In this document: in pieces, positions 1-8,672 of the stretch
Position numbering within the stretch: the first letter of the stretch is position 1
How the letters are laid out: every line of letters begins with the position of its first letter
Assembly (NCBI GenBank): GCA_041738395.1
Contig: JBGSPW010000227.1
Coordinates: forward strand, 45,320-77,319
DNA length: 32,000 nucleotides
Direction: 5' to 3'
Source of the DNA: Thermoflexales bacterium
Lineage (GTDB): Bacteria > Chloroflexota > Anaerolineae > Fen-1058
Translations under genes and position numbers: made by a program
Notes under the pieces: model-generated
What the model was told of the DNA's origin: nothing
Databases searched by the model: none
The model's input: only the letters and a program-made list of their open reading frames with translations

Positions 1-30
1 ATTGCTTCGCATACAACGCTCGCAATGACG
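1..30. repeat. Family A long-palindrome repeat (GTCATTGCGAG...GCGAAGCAATC type), right arm only, cut by window edge
   Basis: 1-30 attgcttcgcatacaacgctcgcaatgacg matches 18956-18985 attgcttcgcaaacggcgctcgcaatgacg at 27/30 by hand alignment. It lies just downstream of the stop (39-41) of the minus-strand lipoprotein gene. Confidence 0.6.
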
Positions 31-38
31 ACACACGA

Positions 39-2519
39 CTACTGCACCGGCTGCACGACAATCTCGACACCCGTGAACGGAGCGCCCTGCGTCAACACGA
101 CGATGGGCACCGGTGTGTCGAACAACGGTTGATTGCCCAACGTGATGCGGGCTTGCACGGTGTAGACGTGCGTCGGATCGATGAGATCGGCGGGGTACTC
201 GATGCGATAAGCGATGGGCACTTGCTTGCCCTGCGCGGAAATCAACTGCTGCCCGCCCAACTGCGCGGCCAGTTCCGTCGCGGACGTGTCCACCAGGATC
301 ACTTCAATCTGGGCGTCCTGGGGCAAAGCGATGCGCTCCACATACGTCACCGTGCCGGTGATGACACCAGTCAACTGCGGCGCGGCGGGGTTCGCGGTTG
401 TTCCGACCGGTTCCACGACGATGTTCATATCGCCGCTGGGGTTATCGCGCGTGATGACGGGATAGGCCGTGGTGTTGGTGTATTTCAAGACATCGCCGTC
501 GAAGATCTGCGCGCGCACGGCGTAAGTGTGCTCGGGCAAAATCGCGGCCTGCTCATACTCGATCGCGAACGGCACGGGCAGCGCCTGTTCTTCGCCCGCT
601 AAGCTGAACTGTCCGATCGTGACCGCGGGCGCGTCTGGCAGCGACGTGTCCTGCAGCGTCACTTCCAAACGCAGGCCAGCCGTCAACGTCACCGGTATGG
701 CCGCGCTGACTGCGCCGGTAACACTCGCCTGCGCTTGCAGCGGCACGGCTTCTTGGCTGAGGAATTCCAGATCGGCAATGAGGATCGATCCGGTCGGTTG
801 GCCGTCCAACGCCAGAGCGATCGAGTCGACGCGGCTCAGATCGACGCCGTCGAAATCGTTCAACGAAATTCGGATCGAGCTCATGGGCGCGAGGCCGCTC
901 CACCCGTAGAACTTCGTATCGGGTGCGCCGGGTTGATAGGCCAGCGCAGGTGTCTTGGCGGGCACTTTCACCGTGGAGGTATCACCATCTGCGTCTTGCA
1001 CGATCACGCTGAACGACTGCGGCAGTTGCGGCGCGTTGAGGAAAGCAGTCGGATCGGCCAGCGCGCGCAGGTGCAGCATCTCGAACTGACTGAGGTCCTG
1101 CGCTTCGTAAGGCAGCGTCGTGCTGAACACGGCGTTAGGCCCTGTCCACGAGAGCCGCAGCTGATCGGGCTGGCCGGGCTGCACATCCCAGGTTAGGCAC
1201 GGACGATTCGTTTCGCAATACGCCACATCGAGCGGGCCGTTGATCGTATTGGCTTGCCCGAAGTTGTTCTGGAAGCGATTCGTTTCGGTGGGCAGCAGAA
1301 CGATGCGACGCTGGGCAGAAGGCAATGACAACGAAGTCAGCACGTGATAGCCGTACAACCGATCGGGCGCAGCTACAAACGGATCAAGCCCGGCGGCCTG
1401 AGGATAGGGCTTCACCCCGAAGGCGGCATCCATGAAATCGGGCGTGTACTGCGCCAGGAAAGCATGCTGCTCATCGGCGTTGAGACGATTCTGTGCTTCA
1501 CAACCCGCGCGCTTTGAGTCTTGGGCTTCATCCGGCAAGATGCTGTTGAAGAAGTTGTGATTCGCGCCCTTGAGATAAACCGACGCGGCAAAGCTCGTCC
1601 GATCGGGTGACAGGCGAGCCGCTTCGTAATATTTCTGCCCGGCCAGATCGCCGAGGTCGTCATCGCACGCAGGCAGGATCACGCTCAACGGCACAGCGGG
1701 CGCAGTGCTCGCTTCGACGCCATAGACTGGCGCAAGATAGAGCATGCTGCTGATCGGTCCGAAGCCCTGCGCGATCAATTCGGGGCTGATGTTAGGCTTG
1801 CGGACTTCGATGACGTTGGTCGCCAGTTCACCGCTTTGCGAATGCGCCACGAAAGCGATCTTCGCTAGATCGGCTTTACCGGCGAGCGGCGCGCCGAAGC
1901 CCACATCTTGATCGGCATTAGCCACGGCCAGCGAAACAAGATATAGATCGACGATCTGCGGGAAGCGCGTAATGCCGCTGGTATCTTCGCCCCAGCCGTT
2001 GGTGTACGCAGCGTTCACATTGATGGACAAGGCCAGGTAACCGCGCGCGGCCAGCGCACTAGCCAGATAATCGAAGCCGGTGTAATTGGGCTGCTCGTTC
2101 TCACACGGCCATTGCTCCAGCAGGTCCTGACCTTCGACCTTCGGGCAAGCGCCATGCCGGCCGTGTATCAACACCACCACGGGAAACGGGCCGGTTCCTT
2201 CCGGCACGGCCAGCAGCCCAGTGAGGCGCAGCGGCATGGTATAGAACTTGTGATCTTGTGGATACTGCGGCTGAATGAGGGAGACCTCGCCCAGATCAAA
2301 CTCGATCGCCGGCGGCCCTTTGACCACAAAGGGTGTGGCCGTGGGCGGTAGAGCGGTCGCGGTCGGGCGAGGTGTCGCGGTCGGCGCGAGCGTCGCCGTG
2401 GGTTCGATCGTATTCGTGGCCGTGGGCACCGGCGCAGGTTCGGGCGCGGGAGCGCCGCACGCAGCGAGCAAGCAGATCAACACCAACAACATTGCCAAGA
2501 GACGAAAGTTAACGCGCAT
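39..2519 (-). CDS. Secreted lipoprotein: alpha/beta-hydrolase core fused to two C-terminal YbaY-like lipoprotein domains
   Basis: The track ORF is 39..2582. I prefer the internal ATG at 2517-2519 (MRVNFRLLAMLLVLICLLAACG). It has GGAG 6 nt upstream and gives a signal peptide plus lipobox (LLAACG). The protein continues with a Pro/Thr-rich linker and a hydrolase core (PFPVVVLIHG, nucleophile elbow AHSQSG). Two repeats follow that resemble E. coli YbaY: VTLQDTSLPDAPAVTIGQF..PVPFAIEYEQAAILPEHTYAV and IALPQDAQIEVILVDTS..PIAYRIEYPADLIDPTHVYTV. Confidence 0.8.
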   Translation of the reverse strand: MRVNFRLLAMLLVLICLLAACGAPAPEPAPVPTATNTIEPTATLAPTATPRPTATALPPTATPFVVKGPPAIEFDLGEVSLIQPQYPQDHKFYTMPLRLTGLLAVPEGTGPFPVVVLIHGRHGACPKVEGQDLLEQWPCENEQPNYTGFDYLASALAARGYLALSINVNAAYTNGWGEDTSGITRFPQIVDLYLVSLAVANADQDVGFGAPLAGKADLAKIAFVAHSQSGELATNVIEVRKPNISPELIAQGFGPISSMLYLAPVYGVEASTAPAVPLSVILPACDDDLGDLAGQKYYEAARLSPDRTSFAASVYLKGANHNFFNSILPDEAQDSKRAGCEAQNRLNADEQHAFLAQYTPDFMDAAFGVKPYPQAAGLDPFVAAPDRLYGYHVLTSLSLPSAQRRIVLLPTETNRFQNNFGQANTINGPLDVAYCETNRPCLTWDVQPGQPDQLRLSWTGPNAVFSTTLPYEAQDLSQFEMLHLRALADPTAFLNAPQLPQSFSVIVQDADGDTSTVKVPAKTPALAYQPGAPDTKFYGWSGLAPMSSIRISLNDFDGVDLSRVDSIALALDGQPTGSILIADLEFLSQEAVPLQAQASVTGAVSAAIPVTLTAGLRLEVTLQDTSLPDAPAVTIGQFSLAGEEQALPVPFAIEYEQAAILPEHTYAVRAQIFDGDVLKYTNTTAYPVITRDNPSGDMNIVVEPVGTTANPAAPQLTGVITGTVTYVERIALPQDAQIEVILVDTSATELAAQLGGQQLISAQGKQVPIAYRIEYPADLIDPTHVYTVQARITLGNQPLFDTPVPIVVLTQGAPFTGVEIVVQPVQ

Positions 2520-2585
2520 GAGATTCTCCGTGAGAAGGGATGTTGAATGAGGCTTTTCCAAGTTGAACGGGATCAACGTCAACCA

Positions 2586-2654
2586 AGAAACCGGGGTTCT
2601 CCGTTTTAGAAGGAATGGAACGATTAGCCCCGCTTACGCGGCAACCCGGTTTCT
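2586..2654. repeat. Family C paired palindrome (AGAAACCGGGGTTCTCC ... AACCCGGTTTCT)
   Basis: agaaaccggggttctcc at 2586-2602 and aacccggtttct at 2643-2654 are mutually complementary. The same GAAACCSGGTTTC motif recurs at 11637, 13564 and 17442. The right half overlaps the last codons (..GRNRVAA*) of ORF 2634..3455. Confidence 0.55.
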
Positions 2655-3455
2655 GCCGAGATTCAGCCCGCGCAGGCCAATCGCCAACACGATGAGCTGC
2701 ACCGCGATGATCCACAACATGATGAATGTGAGGGCGGCCATGAAGAGGGTCACGTAAGTGGGCACGCCGTCGCTGATCTGCTGCACGGCCGTCGTCGCGC
2801 GGGCCAGCTGGGCCGCGTATTCCTGGATGACCGTTTGCGCTTTGGCTAAGGTCGTCGCGATGGCGCTGATGGTCGTGCCCAAGCCTTGCACCGCTTTCAC
2901 CACGTCCGGCAGACTGCCGCTGACGCTGTCCAGATCGGCGCCAATCTTTTCCAACGTAGGCGGAAGGTTAGTCAGGCTGTTGCCAATATGGGTAATGGAT
3001 TGATCCAGCGGCACTTCCGGGTTGTAGTTGATGTTCAGGAATTGGATGCGACTGATGCCGCTCAAAAAACTGTCCACCACTTTTGCGGTGGAAGCCGCCG
3101 ATTCGAGTGCCGTCTGCGTCGCGTCGATCGTGTCCGGCAGATCTTGCTTCACCAACTGCGTCACTGAATTCAATGCAGCCTGCGTGCTGCCGATCGAATT
3201 CGCCAACGAGGCGGTCGATCCCGATAATACCGTCACGCTGCTGGTCGCATCCTGCAAAGCTTGATCGGCCACCGTCAACGCTTTTTGGGAGGTGGCCAAT
3301 GTTTCGAATGCCAATTGGAAGGTATCTTGCAGGGCAGTCGTGATGGCCGGGCGCGCGCCCCACAGTGCGATAACGCCACTCGCGCTGATGATCAGACTGA
3401 CGATTGAGACGATCACTAAGACGAGACCGAGGATGCGTTTGAGTTGAGAAGTCAT
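2634..3455 (-). CDS. Hypothetical membrane protein (N- and C-terminal TM helices flanking an Ala/Thr/Ser/Leu/Gln-rich helical region)
   Basis: 273-aa ORF with GGAG 9 nt upstream of the ATG at 3453-3455. Hydrophobic segments are ILGLVLVIVSIVSLIISASGVIAL (N-terminal) and YVTLFMAALTFIMLWIIAVQLIVLAIGL (C-terminal). I recognise no family. Confidence 0.6.
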   Translation of the reverse strand: MTSQLKRILGLVLVIVSIVSLIISASGVIALWGARPAITTALQDTFQLAFETLATSQKALTVADQALQDATSSVTVLSGSTASLANSIGSTQAALNSVTQLVKQDLPDTIDATQTALESAASTAKVVDSFLSGISRIQFLNINYNPEVPLDQSITHIGNSLTNLPPTLEKIGADLDSVSGSLPDVVKAVQGLGTTISAIATTLAKAQTVIQEYAAQLARATTAVQQISDGVPTYVTLFMAALTFIMLWIIAVQLIVLAIGLRGLNLGRNRVAA

Positions 3456-3490
3456 GATCTTAGCTCCGTGAATGATTAAAGCCCGGCGAT

Positions 3491-3518
3491 ATTATAACGC
3501 ACACCGGTTGTATTTCGA
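3491..3518 (-). promoter_or_regulatory. Possible sigma70-type promoter for the 2634..3455 gene
   Basis: On the minus strand there is a perfect TATAAT (plus coordinates 3491-3496), a 16-nt spacer and a weak -35 TCGAAA (3513-3518). It sits about 35 nt upstream of the ATG. Motif match only. Confidence 0.2.
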
Positions 3519-3535
3519 TTTGAGCGGTAATCCGT

Positions 3536-4708
3536 TTAGCCTGCGCTCAGTGCCTGCTTCATCCGCAGCAACGCCTCTTCCAACATCGAACGCGGGCAAC
3601 CGAAATTCAGACGCACAAAGCCCTGCCCGCCCGTCCCATACGACGCGCCGTCGTTCAGCGCGACCTTGGCCTTGTTCAAAAAGAATTGAAATGGATTCTC
3701 CAGTCGCGCTTCGCGGCAATCGAGCCACGCCAGATACGTGCCTTCCGGTTTCGCCATGCTCACGCCGGGCAATTCCGCGCGCACGAAGTCGGTGAGGAAG
3801 TCGCGGTTCGCTTCCAGATACACCAGCAGTTGATCGAGCCACTCTTGCCCGTCGCGATACGCGGCCTGCAAAGCGATGAGGCCCATCAAGTTGACCCACG
3901 GCACCAGGCCCTGTCGCGCCGCTTGAAAACGTTGACGCAGCTCCGCCTTGGGGATGATCGCCACCGAGGCTTGCAGTCCGGCCAGATTGAAGGTCTTGCT
4001 TGGCGCGATGAAGGTAATGGTGTGCTGCGCGATCTCCGGATCGAGTGAGGCGATCGGGAGGTGCTGCTGGCCGCGATAGATCAGATCGCTGTGAATTTCG
4101 TCAGAGCAGATCAGCACGCCGTGCGACAGACTCAACTCGGCCAGGCGTTCCAATTCATCACGGCGGAACACGCGCCCTACCGGGTTGTGCGGATTACACA
4201 GCAGGAAAAGACGCGTATCCGCGCCTAACGCTGGCTCGAACGCGACCCAATCGATGGCGTACGAACCATCGGGCTGATACACCAGCGGCGCGTCACGGCG
4301 CGTCAAACCGGCAGTCTGCGCCGCATCGAGAATGGGCGTATAGACCGGGGGTTGTACCAGCGCCGCGCCGCCCTGCTCGCGGAACATGTGACAGACGGTA
4401 TTGAAGCCGACGACTACGCCGGGAACAAAGATCACATCTTGCGGCTGAATGATCCAGCCATACCGATCCGCCATGCGCTCGACGATGAGCTGCGCATATT
4501 CCGGCAGATCCGTCGCGTCGCCGTGCAAGCCGCGCGGATAGCCGAACAGTCCATGATCAACTGCTTCCCGCAGGGCGCGCACCACCGGCTCGGGCGAAAC
4601 AAAATCCATGTCAGCCACCCACAAGGGCAAGACCTCTTCCGGGAAGAGCCGCCACTTGAAATTTTCAGTGCCACGGCGCGGGGGAAATTGATCGAAGTTG
4701 TAGCGCAT
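3536..4708 (-). CDS. PLP-dependent class I/II aminotransferase-fold enzyme, MalY/PatB-type cystathionine beta-lyase (C-S lyase)
   Basis: 390 aa. The N-terminus (YNFDQFPPRRGTENFKW) is typical of MalY/PatB. The PLP-lysine motif is APSKTFNLAGL, and the protein is full length for the family. Confidence 0.85.
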   Translation of the reverse strand: MRYNFDQFPPRRGTENFKWRLFPEEVLPLWVADMDFVSPEPVVRALREAVDHGLFGYPRGLHGDATDLPEYAQLIVERMADRYGWIIQPQDVIFVPGVVVGFNTVCHMFREQGGAALVQPPVYTPILDAAQTAGLTRRDAPLVYQPDGSYAIDWVAFEPALGADTRLFLLCNPHNPVGRVFRRDELERLAELSLSHGVLICSDEIHSDLIYRGQQHLPIASLDPEIAQHTITFIAPSKTFNLAGLQASVAIIPKAELRQRFQAARQGLVPWVNLMGLIALQAAYRDGQEWLDQLLVYLEANRDFLTDFVRAELPGVSMAKPEGTYLAWLDCREARLENPFQFFLNKAKVALNDGASYGTGGQGFVRLNFGCPRSMLEEALLRMKQALSAG

Positions 4709-4828
4709 GTTATTCCTCGTCTGTCAAATTTCAGACTATTATAACTTTTGACCGTTAAGCGGTAAAATCACTGCAGCTGCACCCGGGTTGTAGCAAGCGC
4801 ATCATCAACTTTCACCCTGGATGATACC

Positions 4829-6403
4829 ATGCCTCTCTCGATCGAAAACACCATCGGCCAAAAATTGATGCTCGGTTTTCATGGCACGCAGCCACCCGTC
4901 GAAGTGCTGGAGAGGTTGAAGCGCCATCACGTCGGCGGCGCGACCCTGTTTCGCTCGATGAACCTGGAGCATCCCGCGCAGATCCGTGAATTGACAGACG
5001 CGCTGCAACGCGCCGCGCGCGAAGCAGGCCAACCCCCTTTGTTACTCGGAGTCGATCAAGAAGGCGGCACGTTGATGGCGGTGCCGGGCACATCACGCTT
5101 TCCGGGCAATCTGGCGCTCGGCGCAGCCCGATCGACTGAGCTGGCCTATCGGACCGGCCTCGCCATCGGGCGCGAGTTGTCCGCCCTGGGCCTCAACGTC
5201 AACTATGCGCCCGTGTGCGATGTCAACAACAATCCGCACAACCCTGTTGTGGGGCCGCGCTCCTTCGGAAGTGATCCACAGATGGTGGCGCAATTGGCCG
5301 CCGCCGTGATCGATGGACTGCAGGCGGCCGGCGTGGCAGCCACCGCCAAGCACTTCCCCGGCCACGGCGATGTCTCCAGCGATCCGCATTTTTCGATGGC
5401 CGCGATCGTGCCGCACGACGAAAAGCGCCTGCGTTCGATCGAGTTTGTGCCGTTCAAAGCGGCAATCCGATCGGGCGTGAAGCTGATCATGACGGCGCAC
5501 ATCGCCCTGCCCGAATTCGATCGCGGCTACTACCGACCGGCCACGCTCTCACCCCGCATCCTGACCGAGCTGCTGCGTGACGAGTGGAAGTATCCGGGCG
5601 TGATCATCAGCGATGCGCTGGATATGCACGCCATTCTGCAAGGGACGTTGAATCCGTTGGAAGCGGTCTGCGGCGCGGCCGCCGGATTGGATTTGCTGCT
5701 GATGACGGCCTTCGTCGATCAGGCGGCGATCTATGAAGGATTGTGCCACGCTGCGCAGCGCGGCCTGCTGCCACACGCCGCGCTCATGGCTTCGGTGCAG
5801 CGCATTCTGGCGTTGAAAGAGTGGGTGAGCCAACAAACGCCACCAGCGTTGGAGGTAGTGGGCTGCGCGGAACATGCCGCGCTGGCCACTGAAATTGCAG
5901 AAAGATCAATTACGCGGGTACGTGATACAGCGCAGTTGCTGCCGCTGCGTTTGAACAGCGACGATCGGATTGTGGTAATTGTGCCGCAGCCCCAAGACCT
6001 GACGCCCGCCGATACGTCATCGTACGATAAGCCGGCGCTGGCTGAAGTGATTCGCGCGCAGCATGGCAACGTCGATGAAATGGTGATCCCGATCGATCCC
6101 GGTGAAGCCGAAGTCGCCGCGTTAGCCGATCGGGGGGCCGGGGCTGCGCTGGTCATTGCCGGCACGATCAACGCGAATCAACATCCCGGTCAAGCCGCCT
6201 TGATCAACACGTTGATCGATCGCGGCCAACCGATCATCGCGATCGCGTTACGCATGCCGTATGATGTGAGCGCTTATCCGCGTGTGCCGACGTATGTGTG
6301 CGCGTATAGCTTGCAGCGGCCTTCGCTGCAAGCCGTGGCGCAAACCCTGTGGGGTAAACTGCCCTTCCGAGGTCAGTTGCCCGTGGAGATTCCCGCAGCA
6401 TGA
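4829..6403 (+). CDS. nagZ: Glycoside hydrolase family 3 beta-N-acetylhexosaminidase (NagZ-like), two-domain form
   Basis: 524 aa. GH3 N-terminal domain motifs are present: GVDQEGG, NYAPVCDV and KHFPGHGDVSSDPH. An additional C-terminal alpha/beta domain follows. Confidence 0.8.
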   Translation: MPLSIENTIGQKLMLGFHGTQPPVEVLERLKRHHVGGATLFRSMNLEHPAQIRELTDALQRAAREAGQPPLLLGVDQEGGTLMAVPGTSRFPGNLALGAARSTELAYRTGLAIGRELSALGLNVNYAPVCDVNNNPHNPVVGPRSFGSDPQMVAQLAAAVIDGLQAAGVAATAKHFPGHGDVSSDPHFSMAAIVPHDEKRLRSIEFVPFKAAIRSGVKLIMTAHIALPEFDRGYYRPATLSPRILTELLRDEWKYPGVIISDALDMHAILQGTLNPLEAVCGAAAGLDLLLMTAFVDQAAIYEGLCHAAQRGLLPHAALMASVQRILALKEWVSQQTPPALEVVGCAEHAALATEIAERSITRVRDTAQLLPLRLNSDDRIVVIVPQPQDLTPADTSSYDKPALAEVIRAQHGNVDEMVIPIDPGEAEVAALADRGAGAALVIAGTINANQHPGQAALINTLIDRGQPIIAIALRMPYDVSAYPRVPTYVCAYSLQRPSLQAVAQTLWGKLPFRGQLPVEIPAA

Positions 6404-7581
6404 GCACTGAACTTGAGTTTTCTATTCAAGCCCCCCACGCCGACTTCATTCAACCGCTGCTCAATGAATTTGAAGCGAAGTATCACATTCACGTGAAGGT
6501 GCGCTTGCTGAGCTGGGACACGGCGTGGAGTGATCTGGTGAAAGTGGCGCTGTATAACGACGGGCCGGATTTGTCCGAAGTGGGCAGCACCTGGCTAGGT
6601 GATCTGGTCGCGATGAGCGCGCTGCACGTTTTTGCGCCCGAAGAGATCAACCAGATCGGCAAGCCGGGACGCTTTCTGCCAGCGGCATGGCAGGGCTGTC
6701 AGCTGCTCGATCAGCCGGAGGTGTGGGCCATCCCCTGGCTGGTCGGGGCGCGTTTCGTCTTTTATCGTCGAGACTTCGTGCTGCGCGCCGGAGTCGACGA
6801 AGAGACTGCGTTCGCCACCCCCGAGAATTTCGATCTGACGCTGCATCGCTTGCAGGAACACGGCGTGCCCGTGCCGTGGATTGTGCCGACGGTGGCAACA
6901 CACACCACGCTCCTCAATGCGGCCAGCTGGGTGTGGGCAGCCGGTGGGAACTTCGTGTCGCCCGACGGGAAGCACATCCTCATCGCGCAGCATCACGCGA
7001 TTGCAGGCCTGCGCAATTATTTCGCGCTAGGTCGTTTCGTGCCGCCGGCGCTGCGGCAGCTCAACGCGCTACTGCCCGATGGACAGTTCTTGCAACACGA
7101 CGATACCGCCGCCACACTGAGCGGCCCGTGGCTCTTCTCGCTGCTTTCGCCGACCTTGCGTGAGAATGTGGGCCTGGCGGTACCGCCCGGTGCGCCGTTC
7201 CTGGGCGGATCGCATCTGGTCATTTGGAAACACAGCCGCAAGCAAGATGCAGCCCTGAAGTTGATCCGGTTCCTGTCGCAGACGGAGATCCAGGTTCAAT
7301 ACGCTCAGCGGATTGGATTGTTGCCGGCCGTAGTGGAAGCGCTCAACGAAGCGCCGTTCAGCACCGATCGATTGTGGCAGCTCGCCGGGCAAGCAGTGAA
7401 GGTAGGCCGTGTCGTGCCGATCACACGCACCTGGGGCTTGATGGAAGATCGACTGGCGGCTGAATTCGGAGCCGTGTGGGCGGAGCTGTATGCGAATCCG
7501 CAACTCGATCTGGTGCTGGCCCTCCAGCGCCGCTTGGGACCTCTGGCGAAGCGGCTCGATCTGGTACTGGCGCAGGCGTAA
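6400..7581 (+). CDS. Family-1 solute-binding-protein-fold protein with no signal peptide or lipobox
   Basis: 393 aa. The start overlaps the nagZ-like stop as ATGA (6400-6403). The sequence runs straight into the mature SBP fold (FIQPLLNEFEAKYHIHVKVRLLSWDTAWSDLVKVALYNDGPDLSEVG..). No ABC permease or ATPase genes are adjacent. Confidence 0.7.
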   Translation: MSTELEFSIQAPHADFIQPLLNEFEAKYHIHVKVRLLSWDTAWSDLVKVALYNDGPDLSEVGSTWLGDLVAMSALHVFAPEEINQIGKPGRFLPAAWQGCQLLDQPEVWAIPWLVGARFVFYRRDFVLRAGVDEETAFATPENFDLTLHRLQEHGVPVPWIVPTVATHTTLLNAASWVWAAGGNFVSPDGKHILIAQHHAIAGLRNYFALGRFVPPALRQLNALLPDGQFLQHDDTAATLSGPWLFSLLSPTLRENVGLAVPPGAPFLGGSHLVIWKHSRKQDAALKLIRFLSQTEIQVQYAQRIGLLPAVVEALNEAPFSTDRLWQLAGQAVKVGRVVPITRTWGLMEDRLAAEFGAVWAELYANPQLDLVLALQRRLGPLAKRLDLVLAQA

Positions 7582-7590
7582 TATTCTCGG

Positions 7591-7618
7591 ACGCAGATTC
7601 ACGCAGATTTCGCAGATA
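7591..7618 (+). promoter_or_regulatory. Three tandem CGCAGAT direct repeats at helical spacing upstream of the SIS gene
   Basis: acgcagattc / acgcagattt / cgcagata. CGCAGAT starts at 7592, 7602 and 7611 (spacing 10 and 9 nt). The repeats lie 17-44 nt upstream of the ATG at 7635. Confidence 0.3.
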
Positions 7619-7634
7619 GTGAAGGGATACGTTC

Positions 7635-8672
7635 ATGGGACTTAAAGACGAAATCTTCGAACAGCCCGCCGTGCTGCAAAACTGGCTCGATACGCAGCTC
7701 GGGCAGGCGCAGAAGATCGCGCAGGCCATTCGCCAACGTGAAATCGACTACGTGTTTCTGGCAGCGCGCGGTACTTCCGATCATGCCGGCGTGTACGCGC
7801 AGTATCTGTGGGGCTCGCTCAACGGCCTGCCCGTGGCGTTCGCCGCGCCGTCGTTGTTCACACGCTATTCGGGCTGGCCGCGTTTGGAGCGAGCCCTCGT
7901 CGTCGGCATTTCGCAATCGGGACAATCGCCCGACATCGTCAGTGTGATCGACGAAGGCCGCCGCCAGGGCGCGTTGACGCTCGCCATCACCAACGCCGTC
8001 GATTCGCCGTTGGCCGATGCGGCCGAGTTCGCGCTGGATGTGAGCGCCGGGCCGGAGAAAGCCGTGGCCGCCACGAAGTCTTACACGGCGCAGCTGCTGG
8101 CGCTGGCGGCGTTGGGCGCGGCAATTTCAGACGAGGAAGACAAACTCGCTGCGTTGTGGTGCGTGCCGCACGCCGTGAATGAAGCGTTGCAGCTCGACCA
8201 GGCGATCGCGCAGGTGGCCGCCGAATACAAGGCGATGGATCGCTGCGTGGTGCTGGGGCGCGGCTTCAACTATGCCACCGCGCACGAGTGGGCCTTGAAG
8301 CTCAAGGAACTGGCCTACGTGTTTGCCGATCCCTATTCAGCCGCCGATTTTCAACACGGACCGATCGCCATTGTGGAACCGGGCTTCAACATGCTGGCCG
8401 TCGCCCCGCACGGCGCGGTGCTGGCCGACATCATCAGCTTGCTGCACCGCTTGCGCGAAGAACTGCAAGCCAATCTGCTGGTACTGTCGGACGACGACGA
8501 AGCGCTGGCGCTGGGCAATGCTTCGTTCCATCTGCCGCCCGATGTGCCCGAATGGTTGACGCCGTTGGTGGCGATTGTGCCTGCGCAGTTGTTCTGCTAT
8601 CACCTGACGCAGGCCAAAGGTTACGATACCGAAGCGCCGCGCTCGCTCCACAAAGTGACGCTGACGAAGTAA
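7635..8672 (+). CDS. Tandem SIS-domain sugar-phosphate isomerase/deaminase (GlmS C-terminal-like; NagB-II/AgaS/FrlB type)
   Basis: 345 aa. The first SIS domain carries VFLAARGTSDHAG and GISQSGQSPD. A second SIS-like half follows (VVLGRGFNYATAHEWALKLKE). Its position after the GH3 NagZ-like gene suggests amino-sugar catabolism. Confidence 0.8.
   Translation: MGLKDEIFEQPAVLQNWLDTQLGQAQKIAQAIRQREIDYVFLAARGTSDHAGVYAQYLWGSLNGLPVAFAAPSLFTRYSGWPRLERALVVGISQSGQSPDIVSVIDEGRRQGALTLAITNAVDSPLADAAEFALDVSAGPEKAVAATKSYTAQLLALAALGAAISDEEDKLAALWCVPHAVNEALQLDQAIAQVAAEYKAMDRCVVLGRGFNYATAHEWALKLKELAYVFADPYSAADFQHGPIAIVEPGFNMLAVAPHGAVLADIISLLHRLREELQANLLVLSDDDEALALGNASFHLPPDVPEWLTPLVAIVPAQLFCYHLTQAKGYDTEAPRSLHKVTLTK

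Noticed and set aside
129-2550. Numerous 60-160-aa ORFs on the opposite strand or in other frames of the big genes. Examples are 129..602, 735..1196 and 2275..2550, with similar ones throughout the track.
   Set aside because: They are fully nested in long ORFs that have clear family motifs. They are Arg/Ala/Gly-rich, as expected for shadow frames in high-GC DNA, and I recognise no motifs in them.
4709-4828. Promoter elements in the divergent MalY-type / GH3 intergenic region (TTGACC, TAAAAT, TATAAC hexamers, GCAGCTGC palindrome).
   Set aside because: The hexamers do not fall at workable 16-18-nt spacings on either strand, so any call would be guesswork.
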